A stretch of 64,000 nt of DNA from an uncultured delta proteobacterium. GTDB lineage: Bacteria; Desulfobacterota; Binatia; HRBIN30; BPIQ01. The stretch's first letter is position 1; each line of letters opens with the position of its first letter. The stretch covers positions 768,001 to 832,000 of the forward strand of contig CAVXGR010000012.1 of the NCBI GenBank assembly GCA_963761335.1, in the 5' to 3' direction. Positions 48,572 through 58,307 of the stretch are shown piece after piece. A program made the translations under genes and the position numbers. Below the pieces are notes generated by a model that was not told the DNA's origin, ran no database searches, and saw nothing but the letters and a program-made list of their open reading frames with translations.

Positions 48572-49357
48572 ATGGGAGACACACAGCCGCTGCCGCGGGT
48601 GCTGCGGCGCCGCGGCGAAGGCCTCGCCGAGCGGCTCCGCCTCTACGTCTCGTGGCAAGCGGAATCGACAGGGCGCTACGCCCTCGAACAGGCGCTGCAG
48701 TCGCTGTGCGGGTGGGTGCCGACAGTCGCCGGCATCGGGCTCCGCGCCCTCGCCTATCGCCTCATCCTGCACATGGACGGCACCGCCGCCATCGAGAGCG
48801 GCGTTCGCCTGCGCTTCGCCAGCCTCATTCGCCTCGGCGACGGCGCCTACCTCGACACGGGCGCCTACCTGCACGCCTGCCCCGCCGGCATCGACATCGG
48901 CGCCGGCACGCTGGTGATGCACGGCGCCGTCCTCCACGTCTACAACTTCCGCGGCCTCCCCCACTCCGGCATCCGCATCGGCCGCGACAGCCTGATCGGC
49001 GAGTACACGGTCATCCGCGGCCAGGGAGGAGTCAGCATCGGCGACCGCGTCTACACCTCGCCGCACTGCCAGATCATCGCCGTCGATCACGTCTTCGACG
49101 ATCCGGCGCGCCCCTTCGTCGAGCAGGGAATCACGGCGCGCGGCATCGCCGTCGAGGACGACGTCTTCATCGGTGCCGGCGCCATCGTCACCGACGGTGT
49201 CCGCATCGGCCGCGGCGCCGTGGTCGCCGCCGGAGCGGTGGTGACCCGCGACGTCGAGCCGCACACCGTCGTCGGCGGCGTGCCGGCGCGCCCCTTGAGA
49301 GCCGTCGGCGACAGCGAACGGCGTGGCGACCAGCAACCCCCCGAGGTGTACTTCTGA
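48572..49357 (+). CDS. Hexapeptide-repeat (left-handed beta-helix) acyltransferase
   Basis: [53 protein letters not shown]. Confidence 0.9.
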   Translation: MGDTQPLPRVLRRRGEGLAERLRLYVSWQAESTGRYALEQALQSLCGWVPTVAGIGLRALAYRLILHMDGTAAIESGVRLRFASLIRLGDGAYLDTGAYLHACPAGIDIGAGTLVMHGAVLHVYNFRGLPHSGIRIGRDSLIGEYTVIRGQGGVSIGDRVYTSPHCQIIAVDHVFDDPARPFVEQGITARGIAVEDDVFIGAGAIVTDGVRIGRGAVVAAGAVVTRDVEPHTVVGGVPARPLRAVGDSERRGDQQPPEVYF

Positions 49358-50598
49358 TGAGCCGCCCCGCGACCCTCTCGGTGGTGGTGCCCGCCTACAA
49401 CGAAGAGGGCGCCATCGCCTCGGTGCTTCGCCGCATCCTGGCGCTGCGCCTGCCGCTCGAGCAGCGCGGCCTCGCCGGCCCCGAGGTGATCGTCGTCGAC
49501 GACGGCTCCCGCGACCGCACTGCCGAGATCGCCGCGTCCCTGCCGGGCGTCGAGGTCGTGCGCCACCGCAGCAACCGCGGCTACGGAGCCGCCCTCAAGA
49601 CCGGACTGGCGCGCGCCGCCGGGGATCTGGTGGTCTTTCTCGACGCCGACGGCACCTATCCTCCGGAGGTCGTGCCGCAGCTGTGCGAGGCAGCGCTCGC
49701 CGGCGCCGATGTGGTCATCGGCTCGCGGATGGCGACCGCACACAACGGCATGCCGGCGAGCCGCCGCTTCGGCAACCGCGTCTTCGCCGGACTGGTCACC
49801 CTGCTCGGCGATCGCCGCATCCACGACTGCGCCAGCGGCATGCGGGTCGTCCGGCGCGACGTCCTACCCCGCCTCTACCCTCTTCCCGATGGCCTGAACT
49901 TCACGCCGATCATGAGCCTGCGCGCCGTCCACGAGGGTCTGCGGCTGGTGGAGGTGCCGATTCCCTACAATGAGCGCGTCGGCGAGTCCAAGCTGCGCGT
50001 GGTGCGCGACGGCCTGCGCTACGCGCAGTCCATCGTGTGGACGGCGCTCGGCTACAACCCGGTGCGTGTCCTCGGCATTGCCGGCCTGGGTGGCGTCGGC
50101 ATCGCCGCCGCCGTCGGCCTCGGACTGGTGGCGGCGCGCGCCTCGGGAACCACGACCCTCGGCCCCTGGGGAGTGGCGGCCATCTTCACCGCCCTGGTCG
50201 CCGGCGTCGGTGGCGTCAGCCTCTTCAATCTGGGGGTGATGTTCAACTATCTCGTCGCCCTCTTCCGCCACCAGCCGGTACGCACCGGCCTCTTCGGCCG
50301 GCCGCTCTTCGACCCCCCGCTCGACCGCCACTTCGGCTGGCTCGGGCTGCTGGCGTGCGGCGCCGGGCTGCTGGTCGCCGCCGTGGCCCTCGCCCTGGGG
50401 GTGCGCGGCTGGGAGATCGACCGGCTGTGGCTCTATCTCGTGGGCAGCGCCTCGGTTATCCTCGTCGGTGTGCAACTGATGATCTCCTGGGTGGTGATGC
50501 GCACACTCGAGGATCTGTCCGAGCGGGAGGTGCGCGGACGCCGCGATCTCGCCGGCGTGAGCGACGAGGCCGCGGACGCCGAGAGCCGCTGCGCATGA
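49357..50598 (+). CDS. GT2, polyprenol-phosphate glycosyltransferase (DPM1-like) with C-terminal TM helices
   Basis: VVVPAYNEE, VDDGSRD, NRGYGAALKTG, FLDADGTY, EVPIPYNERVGESK. Confidence 0.88.
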   Translation: MSRPATLSVVVPAYNEEGAIASVLRRILALRLPLEQRGLAGPEVIVVDDGSRDRTAEIAASLPGVEVVRHRSNRGYGAALKTGLARAAGDLVVFLDADGTYPPEVVPQLCEAALAGADVVIGSRMATAHNGMPASRRFGNRVFAGLVTLLGDRRIHDCASGMRVVRRDVLPRLYPLPDGLNFTPIMSLRAVHEGLRLVEVPIPYNERVGESKLRVVRDGLRYAQSIVWTALGYNPVRVLGIAGLGGVGIAAAVGLGLVAARASGTTTLGPWGVAAIFTALVAGVGGVSLFNLGVMFNYLVALFRHQPVRTGLFGRPLFDPPLDRHFGWLGLLACGAGLLVAAVALALGVRGWEIDRLWLYLVGSASVILVGVQLMISWVVMRTLEDLSEREVRGRRDLAGVSDEAADAESRCA

Positions 50599-52310
50599 GC
50601 GACGAGCGCAAGCAGATTCCCGAAGAGCTGCGCGACAATCTCGGCACGCGTCGTGTCGTGCGCCTGCCGGAGCCCCGCTTTCCCGACGCCGATGCCATCG
50701 CCCGCGGCGGAGCCGCGGCGCGGCTCCAGCGGAGCAAGGTCGACGTCCTGCTAGTCAACCCTCCGGCTCCGGACGGCGGTATCTGGATCCGCAGCCAGCA
50801 CCGCGTCGGCCGGCGCAGCCGCGAGAACATGATCTGGCCGCAGGTCAGCTTGGCGCAGATGGCGGCTCTGCTGGCGCCCGACTACTCCGTGGAGGTCGTC
50901 GACGCGATCGCGCTGCGCATGTCCTGGAGCGAGTTCGAGCAGATCCTCCGCGACCGGCAGCCGCGCTACTACCTGACGCAGGTGACGGCGCCGACCTTGA
51001 CCAACGACATGTACGGCGTCTTCCTGGCACGCAGCCTCGAAGCGCGCACCCTCGCCTTCGGCACGCACGTGACGCCCATGGCGCGGGAGACGCTGCGCGC
51101 CTACCCTGCCCTCGACTTCGTCCTCCGCGGCGAGCCCGAGATGACCCTGCGCGAGCTGATCGACTCGCTCGAGTGCGCCGCCGGCCGCTGGCAGGTCAAC
51201 GAAGACGGCAGCCTGCGCGACCCGCGTACGGGCGCGCCGCCGGAGGGCCATCGCGTCATCTGGCCGATGTGGCAGGGGGCCGATCCGGGCTGGCGCCCCG
51301 CCTGGAGCTTCGGCGCCGCCTCGGACGACGACGGGTCGGGCCTCGGGGCGATCGCCGGCCTCGCCTGGAGGCGCGCCGGGGAGATCACCGTCAACCGCGA
51401 CCGCCCCTTCTTCAAGAGCATGGACGACCTGCCGATGCCGCTGCACCATCTGCTGCCGCTCGACCGCTACCGCATGCCGATGATCAAGGGCTCGTACACT
51501 TTCATCGTCACCAGTCGCGGCTGTCCGGCCGGCTGCAAGTACTGCATCAAGCACGTCAGCTACCAGTACTCGGTGCGGCTGCGCTCTCCGCAGAAGCTGC
51601 TCGAGGAAATGCGCCTGCTGCACGGCCTCGGCATCCACCACATCCACATGTACGCCGACCTGTTCACCGTGAACCGCGAGCAGGTGATCGAGCTCTGCCG
51701 GCTCATCCTCGAGGATGGCCTGAAGATGTCGTGGACCTGCAACAGCCGCGTCGACTACGTCGACGAGGAGATGCTGCGCCTCATGGGCCAGGCCGGCTGC
51801 ATGCTGATCGCCTGGGGCATCGAGAGCGGCAACGAGCTGATCCTCAAGCGCGCCCACAAGGGCTACAAGATGGAGCAGGCGCATCGGGCGCTGCGCTGGG
51901 CGCACGCCGCGGGGATCAAAAACTGGGGCTACTTCATCATCGGGCTTCCCGGTGAGACGGTGGCCTCCATCCGCGAAACGATCGAGGCGTCCAAGGCGCT
52001 GCCCCTCGACATCGCCCTCTTCCACGTCGCCGCTCCCTACCCGGGCACGCCCTTCTTCTTCGAGGTGATCGAGAACGGCTGGTTCCGCCCGGGCACCAAC
52101 TGGGAGGAGATCGACATGGACGAGGCCACGGTGCTCGACTACCCGGAGCTGAAGGCCGAGGACCTTCTCTACTGGCAGAAGCGCGCCTTCCGCGAATGGG
52201 CGCTGCGCCCGGGGCCGGCGTGGACGTTTCTGCGCAGCATGAACAGCTGGCAGGGCTTCCGCAGCGCCGTCGACATCGGCCTGCAGACGCTCGGCTGGGT
52301 GCGGGGCTGA
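50595..52310 (+). CDS. B12-binding-domain radical SAM protein
   Basis: VLLVNPP, GTHVT, RGEPE; SRGCPAGCKYC; GIESG; FIIGLPGET; PYPGT. Confidence 0.9.
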   Translation: MSDERKQIPEELRDNLGTRRVVRLPEPRFPDADAIARGGAAARLQRSKVDVLLVNPPAPDGGIWIRSQHRVGRRSRENMIWPQVSLAQMAALLAPDYSVEVVDAIALRMSWSEFEQILRDRQPRYYLTQVTAPTLTNDMYGVFLARSLEARTLAFGTHVTPMARETLRAYPALDFVLRGEPEMTLRELIDSLECAAGRWQVNEDGSLRDPRTGAPPEGHRVIWPMWQGADPGWRPAWSFGAASDDDGSGLGAIAGLAWRRAGEITVNRDRPFFKSMDDLPMPLHHLLPLDRYRMPMIKGSYTFIVTSRGCPAGCKYCIKHVSYQYSVRLRSPQKLLEEMRLLHGLGIHHIHMYADLFTVNREQVIELCRLILEDGLKMSWTCNSRVDYVDEEMLRLMGQAGCMLIAWGIESGNELILKRAHKGYKMEQAHRALRWAHAAGIKNWGYFIIGLPGETVASIRETIEASKALPLDIALFHVAAPYPGTPFFFEVIENGWFRPGTNWEEIDMDEATVLDYPELKAEDLLYWQKRAFREWALRPGPAWTFLRSMNSWQGFRSAVDIGLQTLGWVRG

Positions 52311-53609
52311 GGGAACCCGCCCGGCGAGGCGGTCGACAACCGCAGAGGCGCTCGCTGCGCCTCTGCGGTTTCCATCGCCTCGCCGGTGGCGCTCCCAGGC
52401 GCCCGCCAAGCGGTCGACGGCGAGGGCGGCGAAGACGATCAGCAGCGCGTCGCTGGGCAGCCGGTAGCGCGGCGCCGCCCACGAGGTCAGGTGCAGCGCC
52501 GCCTCGAAGCCGACGTAGAGATAGAGCGGAAGGCACCGCCGCCAGGCGTTGCGGGACAGCGCCAGGCCGTAGAGCATGAACGGCAGGTAGAGAGTGAACG
52601 AGCCGACGCGGGAGAGGTTCGCCAGCAGCGTCGAACGCGAGGTGGGCAGCAGGCAGAAGTACTGCGGCACGCGGCTCAGCGACAGGCGCACGAAGCGCCA
52701 CGGGTCGGCGAGGATGAAGTGCGCCGCGTCGCGGTAGAGAGCCCGATCGATCGCCGGCTCCCCGAGCCCGCGCAGGTTCTCCGGCAGCGGCGCCACGTAC
52801 CCGGGATCGAAGTGGGTTCCCTGGTGCGGATGGTTCGCCGAGTAGAAGAAGAATCCGCCGTTCGAGTTGAGCAGCAGAAAGTCGCCGAAGACGGCGTAGT
52901 TGTAGGCCGTCCACGGTAGGACGCAGGCGGCGGCCACGGCCAGCGAGGCCAGAGCCTGACGCCAGCGCCGCCGGGGGCCGGCATTCCAGAGGATCCACCC
53001 AAAGAGAAGGGGCACGAAGAGGAGCAGCGTCTGCCGCAAGACCGCGCCGATACCGATGATCACCCCGAGCAGCAGCCAGCGCCGGAGCGACGGCTGCCGG
53101 CTGAGATCCACCGCCACCGAGACTGCCGCCTCCACGGCGATGATATAGAACGTCTGCGTCATCAGAGCCGCGGCGAAGAAGACGAAATACGCGTACAGCG
53201 CCGTCAGCGCCGCCGCGATCCAACCGACGCGCTCCGTAAACAGCTGGCGGCCGAGGCGGAAGCCGAGCCAGCACATCAGCAGCGAGAGGAATACCTGGAT
53301 GAGCCTGGCCGCCAACGGATGATGACCGAAGACGGCGTACACCGCGGCGAGGTAGACGGTGTAGAGATACGACCAGTGCGCCGTGGGCTCGTTGGCGGCC
53401 GTGAACGGGTACCACGGCCTCGGAAAGCTGAAGCCGTATCCACCGAGCAGGCGCTGCGCCAACATGTCGTACGAGATCTGGTCCGCCGCCCCGGAGATGC
53501 TGTGCACCCGATCGCCCAGGAAGAAGGCGGCGAAGAGCCGCGCCGCCAGACCGACGGCGATCGCCGCCAGCATCAGGCGCCGCAGGCGGCCACTGGCCAG
53601 CCCGCTCAC
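50751..53609 (-). CDS. ArnT/PMT-family GT-C glycosyltransferase; recognisable part ~52400-53609, ORF then runs without a stop antisense through the radical SAM gene
   Basis: N-terminal TM helix plus DQISY; many TM helices; LPWTAYNY...NSNGG; PRYRLP. Confidence 0.75.
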   Translation of the reverse strand: MSGLASGRLRRLMLAAIAVGLAARLFAAFFLGDRVHSISGAADQISYDMLAQRLLGGYGFSFPRPWYPFTAANEPTAHWSYLYTVYLAAVYAVFGHHPLAARLIQVFLSLLMCWLGFRLGRQLFTERVGWIAAALTALYAYFVFFAAALMTQTFYIIAVEAAVSVAVDLSRQPSLRRWLLLGVIIGIGAVLRQTLLLFVPLLFGWILWNAGPRRRWRQALASLAVAAACVLPWTAYNYAVFGDFLLLNSNGGFFFYSANHPHQGTHFDPGYVAPLPENLRGLGEPAIDRALYRDAAHFILADPWRFVRLSLSRVPQYFCLLPTSRSTLLANLSRVGSFTLYLPFMLYGLALSRNAWRRCLPLYLYVGFEAALHLTSWAAPRYRLPSDALLIVFAALAVDRLAGAWERHRRGDGNRRGAASASAVVDRLAGRVPSAPHPAERLQADVDGAAEALPAVHAAQKRPRRPRAQRPFAEGALLPVEKVLGLQLRVVEHRGLVHVDLLPVGARAEPAVLDHLEEEGRARVGSGDVEEGDVEGQRLGRLDRFADGGHRLTGKPDDEVAPVFDPRGVRPAQRPMRLLHLVALVGALEDQLVAALDAPGDQHAAGLAHEAQHLLVDVVDAAVAGPRHLQAILEDEPAELDHLLAVHGEQVGVHVDVVDAEAVQQAHFLEQLLRRAQPHRVLVADVLDAVLAAGRTAATGDDESVRALDHRHAVAVERQQMVQRHRQVVHALEEGAVAVDGDLPGAPPGEAGDRPEARPVVVRGGAEAPGGAPARIGPLPHRPDDAMALRRRARTRVAQAAVFVDLPAAGGALERVDQLAQGHLGLAAEDEVEGRVGAQRLPRHGRHVRAEGEGARFEAACQEDAVHVVGQGRRRHLRQVVARLPVAEDLLELAPGHAQRDRVDDLHGVVGRQQSRHLRQADLRPDHVLAAAPADAVLAADPDTAVRSRRVD
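52321..52386. terminator. Nested inverted repeat between convergent genes (possible bidirectional terminator or REP-like hairpin)
   Basis: aaccgcagaggcg/cgcctctgcggtt (13 bp) inside ccggcgaggcg/cgcctcgccgg (11 bp). Confidence 0.5.
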
Positions 53610-54799
53610 CGGCTCGTCCCCGCCGCTGGCGTCAGGCCGCGGTAGATGTCGAGCAGGCGCGGACAGACGACACTGCGATCATAGAGGCGGCGCACCAGCT
53701 CACGGCCGTTGCGCCCCAGGGTCGCCGCCAGCGGCCGATCTTCCAGGAGCCGCAGGGTCGCCTCGGCGAACGATTGCGGGTCGTCGGCCACCAAGAGGTC
53801 CCTGCCCGCCTGCGCCGCAATCCCGTTGCAGCCCATGCTGGTGCTCACCACCGGAAGCTCCTGCGCCAGTGCCTCCAGAATCTTCACGCGCATGCCGCCG
53901 CCGGCGAGCAAGGGGACAATGAAGACCCCGGCCCGCCCCAGGTGCTCGCCGAGGTCGGCGACGTAGCCGGTGACCTCGACGCCGCCGGCGCGGCGAGCGG
54001 CGCGGCGGAGAAGACGCGGCGGTCGGGCGCCGATCACCTCGAGCACCGCCGCCGGCCGGCGGCGGCGAATGCGGGGTAGCACTCGGTCGATGAACCAGAG
54101 CACGCCATCGACGTTGGGCGGCCAGTACATCGTGCCGACGTGCACGATGCGATCCGCATCCGGGGATGGCTCCACGGGCGCGACCTCGGCGGTGTCGACC
54201 GCGATGGGGACGAGCCGCGCGTTGGTGCCGGCACCGAGCGCCTCGAGATCCTCCTCGTTCACCGCCAGCACCAGATCGAACTCGCGGCATACGGCGCGCT
54301 CGTAGGACTGCAGCAGCCGCCACTCGCGCGCCAGCAGAGTGCGCCGCAGCCCGCGGCTGGTCTCGGCAAGGCGCTTGTAGAGCAACCACAGCGCGTTGTG
54401 GGCATCGAGGACCTTCACCGCGGCAGACACCCGCTGCGCATACGGCACCATGTTGAGCTGATCGGCATGAACGACGTCGAAGCGGTCCTGCGCGGCCACG
54501 CGGTCCACCAGGCGGCGCATCGCCAGGCGTTGGTCGCGGCGCATGAGAAAAGGCTGATCGCGCAACAGGCTCGACAGCAGGTAGCCGGCGTCGCCGGCCG
54601 TCGTGCGGCGCATCGGGGACGTGTGCACGCGACAGTACTGCCGCAGCGCCCCGACCTGCGCAGCCGACTCGCCACGGGCGAACGACACCAGCGTCAGCTC
54701 GTGCTCGCGCGCCAGGCACTTGATGGTGTTCCACGTCTTCACCTTGGGGCCGCTGTCCGGAGGGTACGGCAGCACCTGGGTCAGAAGCAGAACTTTCAC
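53606..54799 (-). CDS. Glycosyltransferase family 4
   Basis: VKVLLLTQVLPYPPDSG; LDAHNA; GTMYWPPN; GGGMRVKILEA. Confidence 0.9.
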   Translation of the reverse strand: MKVLLLTQVLPYPPDSGPKVKTWNTIKCLAREHELTLVSFARGESAAQVGALRQYCRVHTSPMRRTTAGDAGYLLSSLLRDQPFLMRRDQRLAMRRLVDRVAAQDRFDVVHADQLNMVPYAQRVSAAVKVLDAHNALWLLYKRLAETSRGLRRTLLAREWRLLQSYERAVCREFDLVLAVNEEDLEALGAGTNARLVPIAVDTAEVAPVEPSPDADRIVHVGTMYWPPNVDGVLWFIDRVLPRIRRRRPAAVLEVIGARPPRLLRRAARRAGGVEVTGYVADLGEHLGRAGVFIVPLLAGGGMRVKILEALAQELPVVSTSMGCNGIAAQAGRDLLVADDPQSFAEATLRLLEDRPLAATLGRNGRELVRRLYDRSVVCPRLLDIYRGLTPAAGTSR

Positions 54800-54818
54800 G
54801 TGGGTTCGCTCCGGAAGC

Positions 54819-55736
54819 TCACAGACGCGGCAGGCTGCGGAGGAGCTGCTGCAGCCCGAGGCGCTTGCCGGCGGCCACGGAATCACCGCGCCGTCCCCAC
54901 GGCAACGCCAGGCGCAGAACGCAGTTCAGGCCGATCAGCAGCTTGACCACTCGCGCCGCCGCGGCGCCGTGGTGCTTGCGGAAGAATTGGAGTCGGCTCT
55001 CGTACAGGCGGAGGATGGTCTCCGCGGGGACCCGACGGCTGCTCCCACCCCACAGGTGCACCGCCTCGGCGCGCGGAGTGTAGTAGACGACCCAGCCGCG
55101 CTGCTTGAACCGATAGCACCAGTCTACCTCCTCCGAGTACATGAAATAGCTCTCGTCGAGCAGCCCGGTCTCCTCGACCGCGGCGCGGCGCACCATCATG
55201 AAGGCGCCCATGACCGCGTCGACCGCTCGAGTTGTTTGCGTGTCCGGAGAGACGAGATTCCGCCGCCACAGCTTGTGCATGCCGATGGCGATGCCGAGCT
55301 CGGAGAGAAGGGTCGGGAATTCCATCCACGACTGCTGCAGGCGCCCGTCCCCGTAGCGCAGCTTGCAACCGGCGACGCCGGCGTCCGGGTGTGCGTCCAT
55401 GAACTCGGCGACCTCGTCGACAGCGGCGGCGGTGGCGAAGGTGTCGCTGTTGAGCAGCAGGAGGTAACGGCCGCGGGCGCAGCGGATTGCCTGGTTGTTG
55501 GCAGCCGCAAAGCCGCGGTTCTCAGCATTGCTGATGAGCCTGACGCGCGGAAAGTCGCCGCGAACCATATCGGCGCTGCCGTCGGCGGAGCCGTTGTCGA
55601 CAACCAGGATCTCGGCTGTGTGCCGCCCCGCGGGGGCGCTCACGGTGGCGAGGCAGCGGCGCAGCAGATCGCGCGTGTTCCAGCTGACGACAACGATGCT
55701 GACATCGAGGTCGGCCGCGTCTGCGGGCGAGGTCAC
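54819..55736 (-). CDS. Glycosyltransferase family 2 (WbbL-like)
   Basis: SIVVVSWNT, VDNGSADG, NRGFAAANN, LLNSD, FMYSEEVDWC; GGAGAG RBS. Confidence 0.9.
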   Translation of the reverse strand: MTSPADAADLDVSIVVVSWNTRDLLRRCLATVSAPAGRHTAEILVVDNGSADGSADMVRGDFPRVRLISNAENRGFAAANNQAIRCARGRYLLLLNSDTFATAAAVDEVAEFMDAHPDAGVAGCKLRYGDGRLQQSWMEFPTLLSELGIAIGMHKLWRRNLVSPDTQTTRAVDAVMGAFMMVRRAAVEETGLLDESYFMYSEEVDWCYRFKQRGWVVYYTPRAEAVHLWGGSSRRVPAETILRLYESRLQFFRKHHGAAAARVVKLLIGLNCVLRLALPWGRRGDSVAAGKRLGLQQLLRSLPRL

Positions 55737-55872
55737 GCTCTCTCCGGCGTCAGGGCATCCCCGAACGGGACGCGGGAGCCCGATCCGAGATTCGCGCGCG
55801 TCGCTCTCCACACGGCCCCAGCGTTTGCCGCAACAACGATGTCCTCGTCAACGGCTCGGCTCCGGAACGACG

Positions 55873-55907
55873 AAAAAAAAGGCGGGATGGCTCACGCCAC
55901 CCCGCCT
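55873..55907 (-). terminator. Rho-independent terminator after 55931-56608
   Basis: Minus strand: ggcggggtggc-gtga-gccatcccgcc followed by T8. Confidence 0.85.
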
Positions 55908-55930
55908 CTATCTCGGATCGTCTGCGCGGC

Positions 55931-56608
55931 TCAGTCGGACCAGCGGCGACGGCGCAGGGCGAAGAAGGCCAAGCCAGCGAGCAGGCCCAGTGCGGCGAGC
56001 CAACCAACCGGCGACAGGGCCGGTGCCGGCTGCCCGCAGATCAGCGGAATGTTGTTGTCGATGACGCCGACGTCGTTGATGTCGAGCTGGATCGTCGTGT
56101 ACCAGGGGGTGCATCCCGGCGCGGTCAGGAAGCCGGGGTTGAGGGCGTCAACCGGGTTGCCGACGTCCGCCAGCGGGTTGGGATTGATGATCCCCAGGTC
56201 CGGACAGCTCAGGTCCAGGGTGCAACCTTGCGGCACCTGGAAAGACAGAGTGATGGTGCCCGGCCTGTCGGTCTGGAACTGGAAGCAGCCGGCCTGTGGC
56301 GCCGGCAGTGTGGTGATGACGGCGCCCGGCTGGCTCGGGGTGACTGTTCCTCCCGGAATGATCTGTCCGGTGTTGACGTCGTAGAAGCAACCGCTCGGAT
56401 CGTAGTCGTTGGGACGCGGGTCGACGGAATCCGGGACCCCATCGCCATCGGCGTCTGCACCGGGCTGCGGCCCGTAGACTTGGGCGAAGGCCTTCCAGCT
56501 GAAGGTGCTGCTGTGGATGCCGACGACCTGCACCAAAAAGAAGCCGTTCAGCACCACGAAGACAACGGCAATTCCGATCTCTTTCCAGTAGCTTCCGAGT
56601 TTTCTCAT
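55931..56608 (-). CDS. Secreted protein with an IPTL-CTERM-like sorting signal
   Basis: GAGGA RBS; DADGDGVPDSVD Ca-binding motif; C-terminal APALSPVGWLAALGLLAGLAFFALRRRR. Confidence 0.8.
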   Translation of the reverse strand: MRKLGSYWKEIGIAVVFVVLNGFFLVQVVGIHSSTFSWKAFAQVYGPQPGADADGDGVPDSVDPRPNDYDPSGCFYDVNTGQIIPGGTVTPSQPGAVITTLPAPQAGCFQFQTDRPGTITLSFQVPQGCTLDLSCPDLGIINPNPLADVGNPVDALNPGFLTAPGCTPWYTTIQLDINDVGVIDNNIPLICGQPAPALSPVGWLAALGLLAGLAFFALRRRRWSD

Positions 56609-56779
56609 GAGTCCTCGCACCACCTACCAGGGCCAGCTGTGGCCAGTTTCTCCGCCAGTAATTGTACCGGCTCCCCCAATACGCCCCCTGGCGGCATCAG
56701 TCAAGTGCAAAAGGGACAGCTCTCGCTTGCGAGGCCGAGGGACGAATCGGCCGGGGTCGAGTCGAGGCCGGGAAGCAGG

Positions 56780-57856
56780 CTACGGCAGCCGCAGGATGTC
56801 CGTCCCGGGGCTGTCGCCCTGGTAGTGAAGGTTCATCGCCGAGCTGTGGACACCGTGGATGTCGTAATAGGCGCCGACGAGACCGCGGTTGTCCGTCCCC
56901 ACCCCACGGATTCTAGTCTGCCCGGTAAGCGTCCCCGAGACGAAGACGCTGAAAATCGACCGGTCGGCGCGCGTGGTGTCGATGCTCGACAGCGGCAGGA
57001 CCCCGAAGCAGTCGATGGGGGTGCTCGTCGACAAGCGCTGCTCGAACTCGTTGAACACCAGGAACTGGACCGTGATACGCGTCAGGTTCTGGTCCTGCTT
57101 GACGAAGTCCTCCGCGCACGGAGCCAAGACCACGGCGCCCCTGACCTCTTGGCCGCTCACCGGGTCGGTCGCGAAGTCGAAGAACTGATCCATCACCAGT
57201 GTCTGCGGACAGGCGGTATACTCCTCGCCGATGACGAGGCGATTGTCTCCGTCGTTGGCGCCGGGGATCGCCTGGATGCCGACGGCGTCCAGCCGGGTGA
57301 CGTCCAAGAAGCTACCACTCCCAAGGACCTGCACGTTGGTCAGCGAGCCGACCAAGGCGTTGTTGTCGGTGGGGTGCATCTGGTCGTCGACGACGACGCA
57401 CTTCAGCTCGCCCAGGAAGGGCGCGTGCATCGGCGGCACGCGGGTGCCGCCGTTGTTGCTGCCGTCGCTCCCCTGCCGGAAGATGCCGTCGATGGGCGCC
57501 TGCGCCAAGCCGTCGCTCACCCGCCAGGCCATCGGCTGCTGCGGGGTGAGTTGGATGTAGAAATCCGTCTCGTTCCACGCCGGAATGCACTGCCCCACAC
57601 CGCACTGATTGCTGACCGTGCAGGCCGCGCCGCTGTTGCTGCAGTAGCCGACGGTATTCACGTAGAAGCAGCGCGCCGCCACCGGATCGCCGGTGGTGTT
57701 GCTGATCTGCACGTAGGTGTCGATGCTGGCGACGTCCGACACCAGGAGCGACGGATAGATCAACAGGGCCGCCGCCCGATCCGAAGCGATCTCCGCCCGC
57801 GCCACGTGGGCGCCGAGCGCCAGCCCAACCACCGCAAAAGCCACCAGGCGCTTCAT
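56780..57856 (-). CDS. Secreted hypothetical protein with a Cys-rich insert
   Basis: Signal peptide MKRLVAFAVVGLALGAHVARA; GGAG RBS; typical codon usage. Confidence 0.8.
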   Translation of the reverse strand: MKRLVAFAVVGLALGAHVARAEIASDRAAALLIYPSLLVSDVASIDTYVQISNTTGDPVAARCFYVNTVGYCSNSGAACTVSNQCGVGQCIPAWNETDFYIQLTPQQPMAWRVSDGLAQAPIDGIFRQGSDGSNNGGTRVPPMHAPFLGELKCVVVDDQMHPTDNNALVGSLTNVQVLGSGSFLDVTRLDAVGIQAIPGANDGDNRLVIGEEYTACPQTLVMDQFFDFATDPVSGQEVRGAVVLAPCAEDFVKQDQNLTRITVQFLVFNEFEQRLSTSTPIDCFGVLPLSSIDTTRADRSIFSVFVSGTLTGQTRIRGVGTDNRGLVGAYYDIHGVHSSAMNLHYQGDSPGTDILRLP

Positions 57857-58050
57857 GGAAACTCCGTCGCGCCGCCTTCGCGACGCAGCTCATTGGTGAT
57901 CCCGGGAACAGCCATGTAGGGAGTCGCAAATGCCTCCGCCCGAAACACGGGCGCAACGACGCCAAACAGGTCGGCAAGAATCAACCAATTGAGGACGACC
58001 ACCACGAAAGCGATCACCAAAGTCTTCCAGCCGCTCATCAACATTCGCAT
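57853..58050 (-). CDS. Small exported or membrane peptide (65 aa)
   Basis: N-terminus resembles that of 55931-56608; ATGA overlap with the next gene. Confidence 0.5.
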   Translation of the reverse strand: MRMLMSGWKTLVIAFVVVVLNWLILADLFGVVAPVFRAEAFATPYMAVPGITNELRREGGATEFP

Positions 58051-58307
58051 CGACTCACCCGGTCACGCCCCGCACCTGGCGACGGTTGCCTGGACCATTC
58101 CCCTCCCCTTGGCCTCGGACGGGAAGCCCGTGAATTTTACGCGCCGTTCGTACTCGTCTTGCGGTCACCTGTCAAGGACGAAATACGCGCTGCGGGACAA
58201 AACAGCTTGCGCCATGCGGGGTGCGCTCTATAGGATGGAAGCTCCAGAGAACCCCAAGAGCAACCCACCCCGCCGCCACCGGCGGCGATGCCCTACGGAG
58301 GTGAACC

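Noticed and set aside
50595..52310. Calling the radical SAM hpnJ or hpnP
   Set aside because: Only family-level motifs are visible and there are no hopanoid genes nearby.
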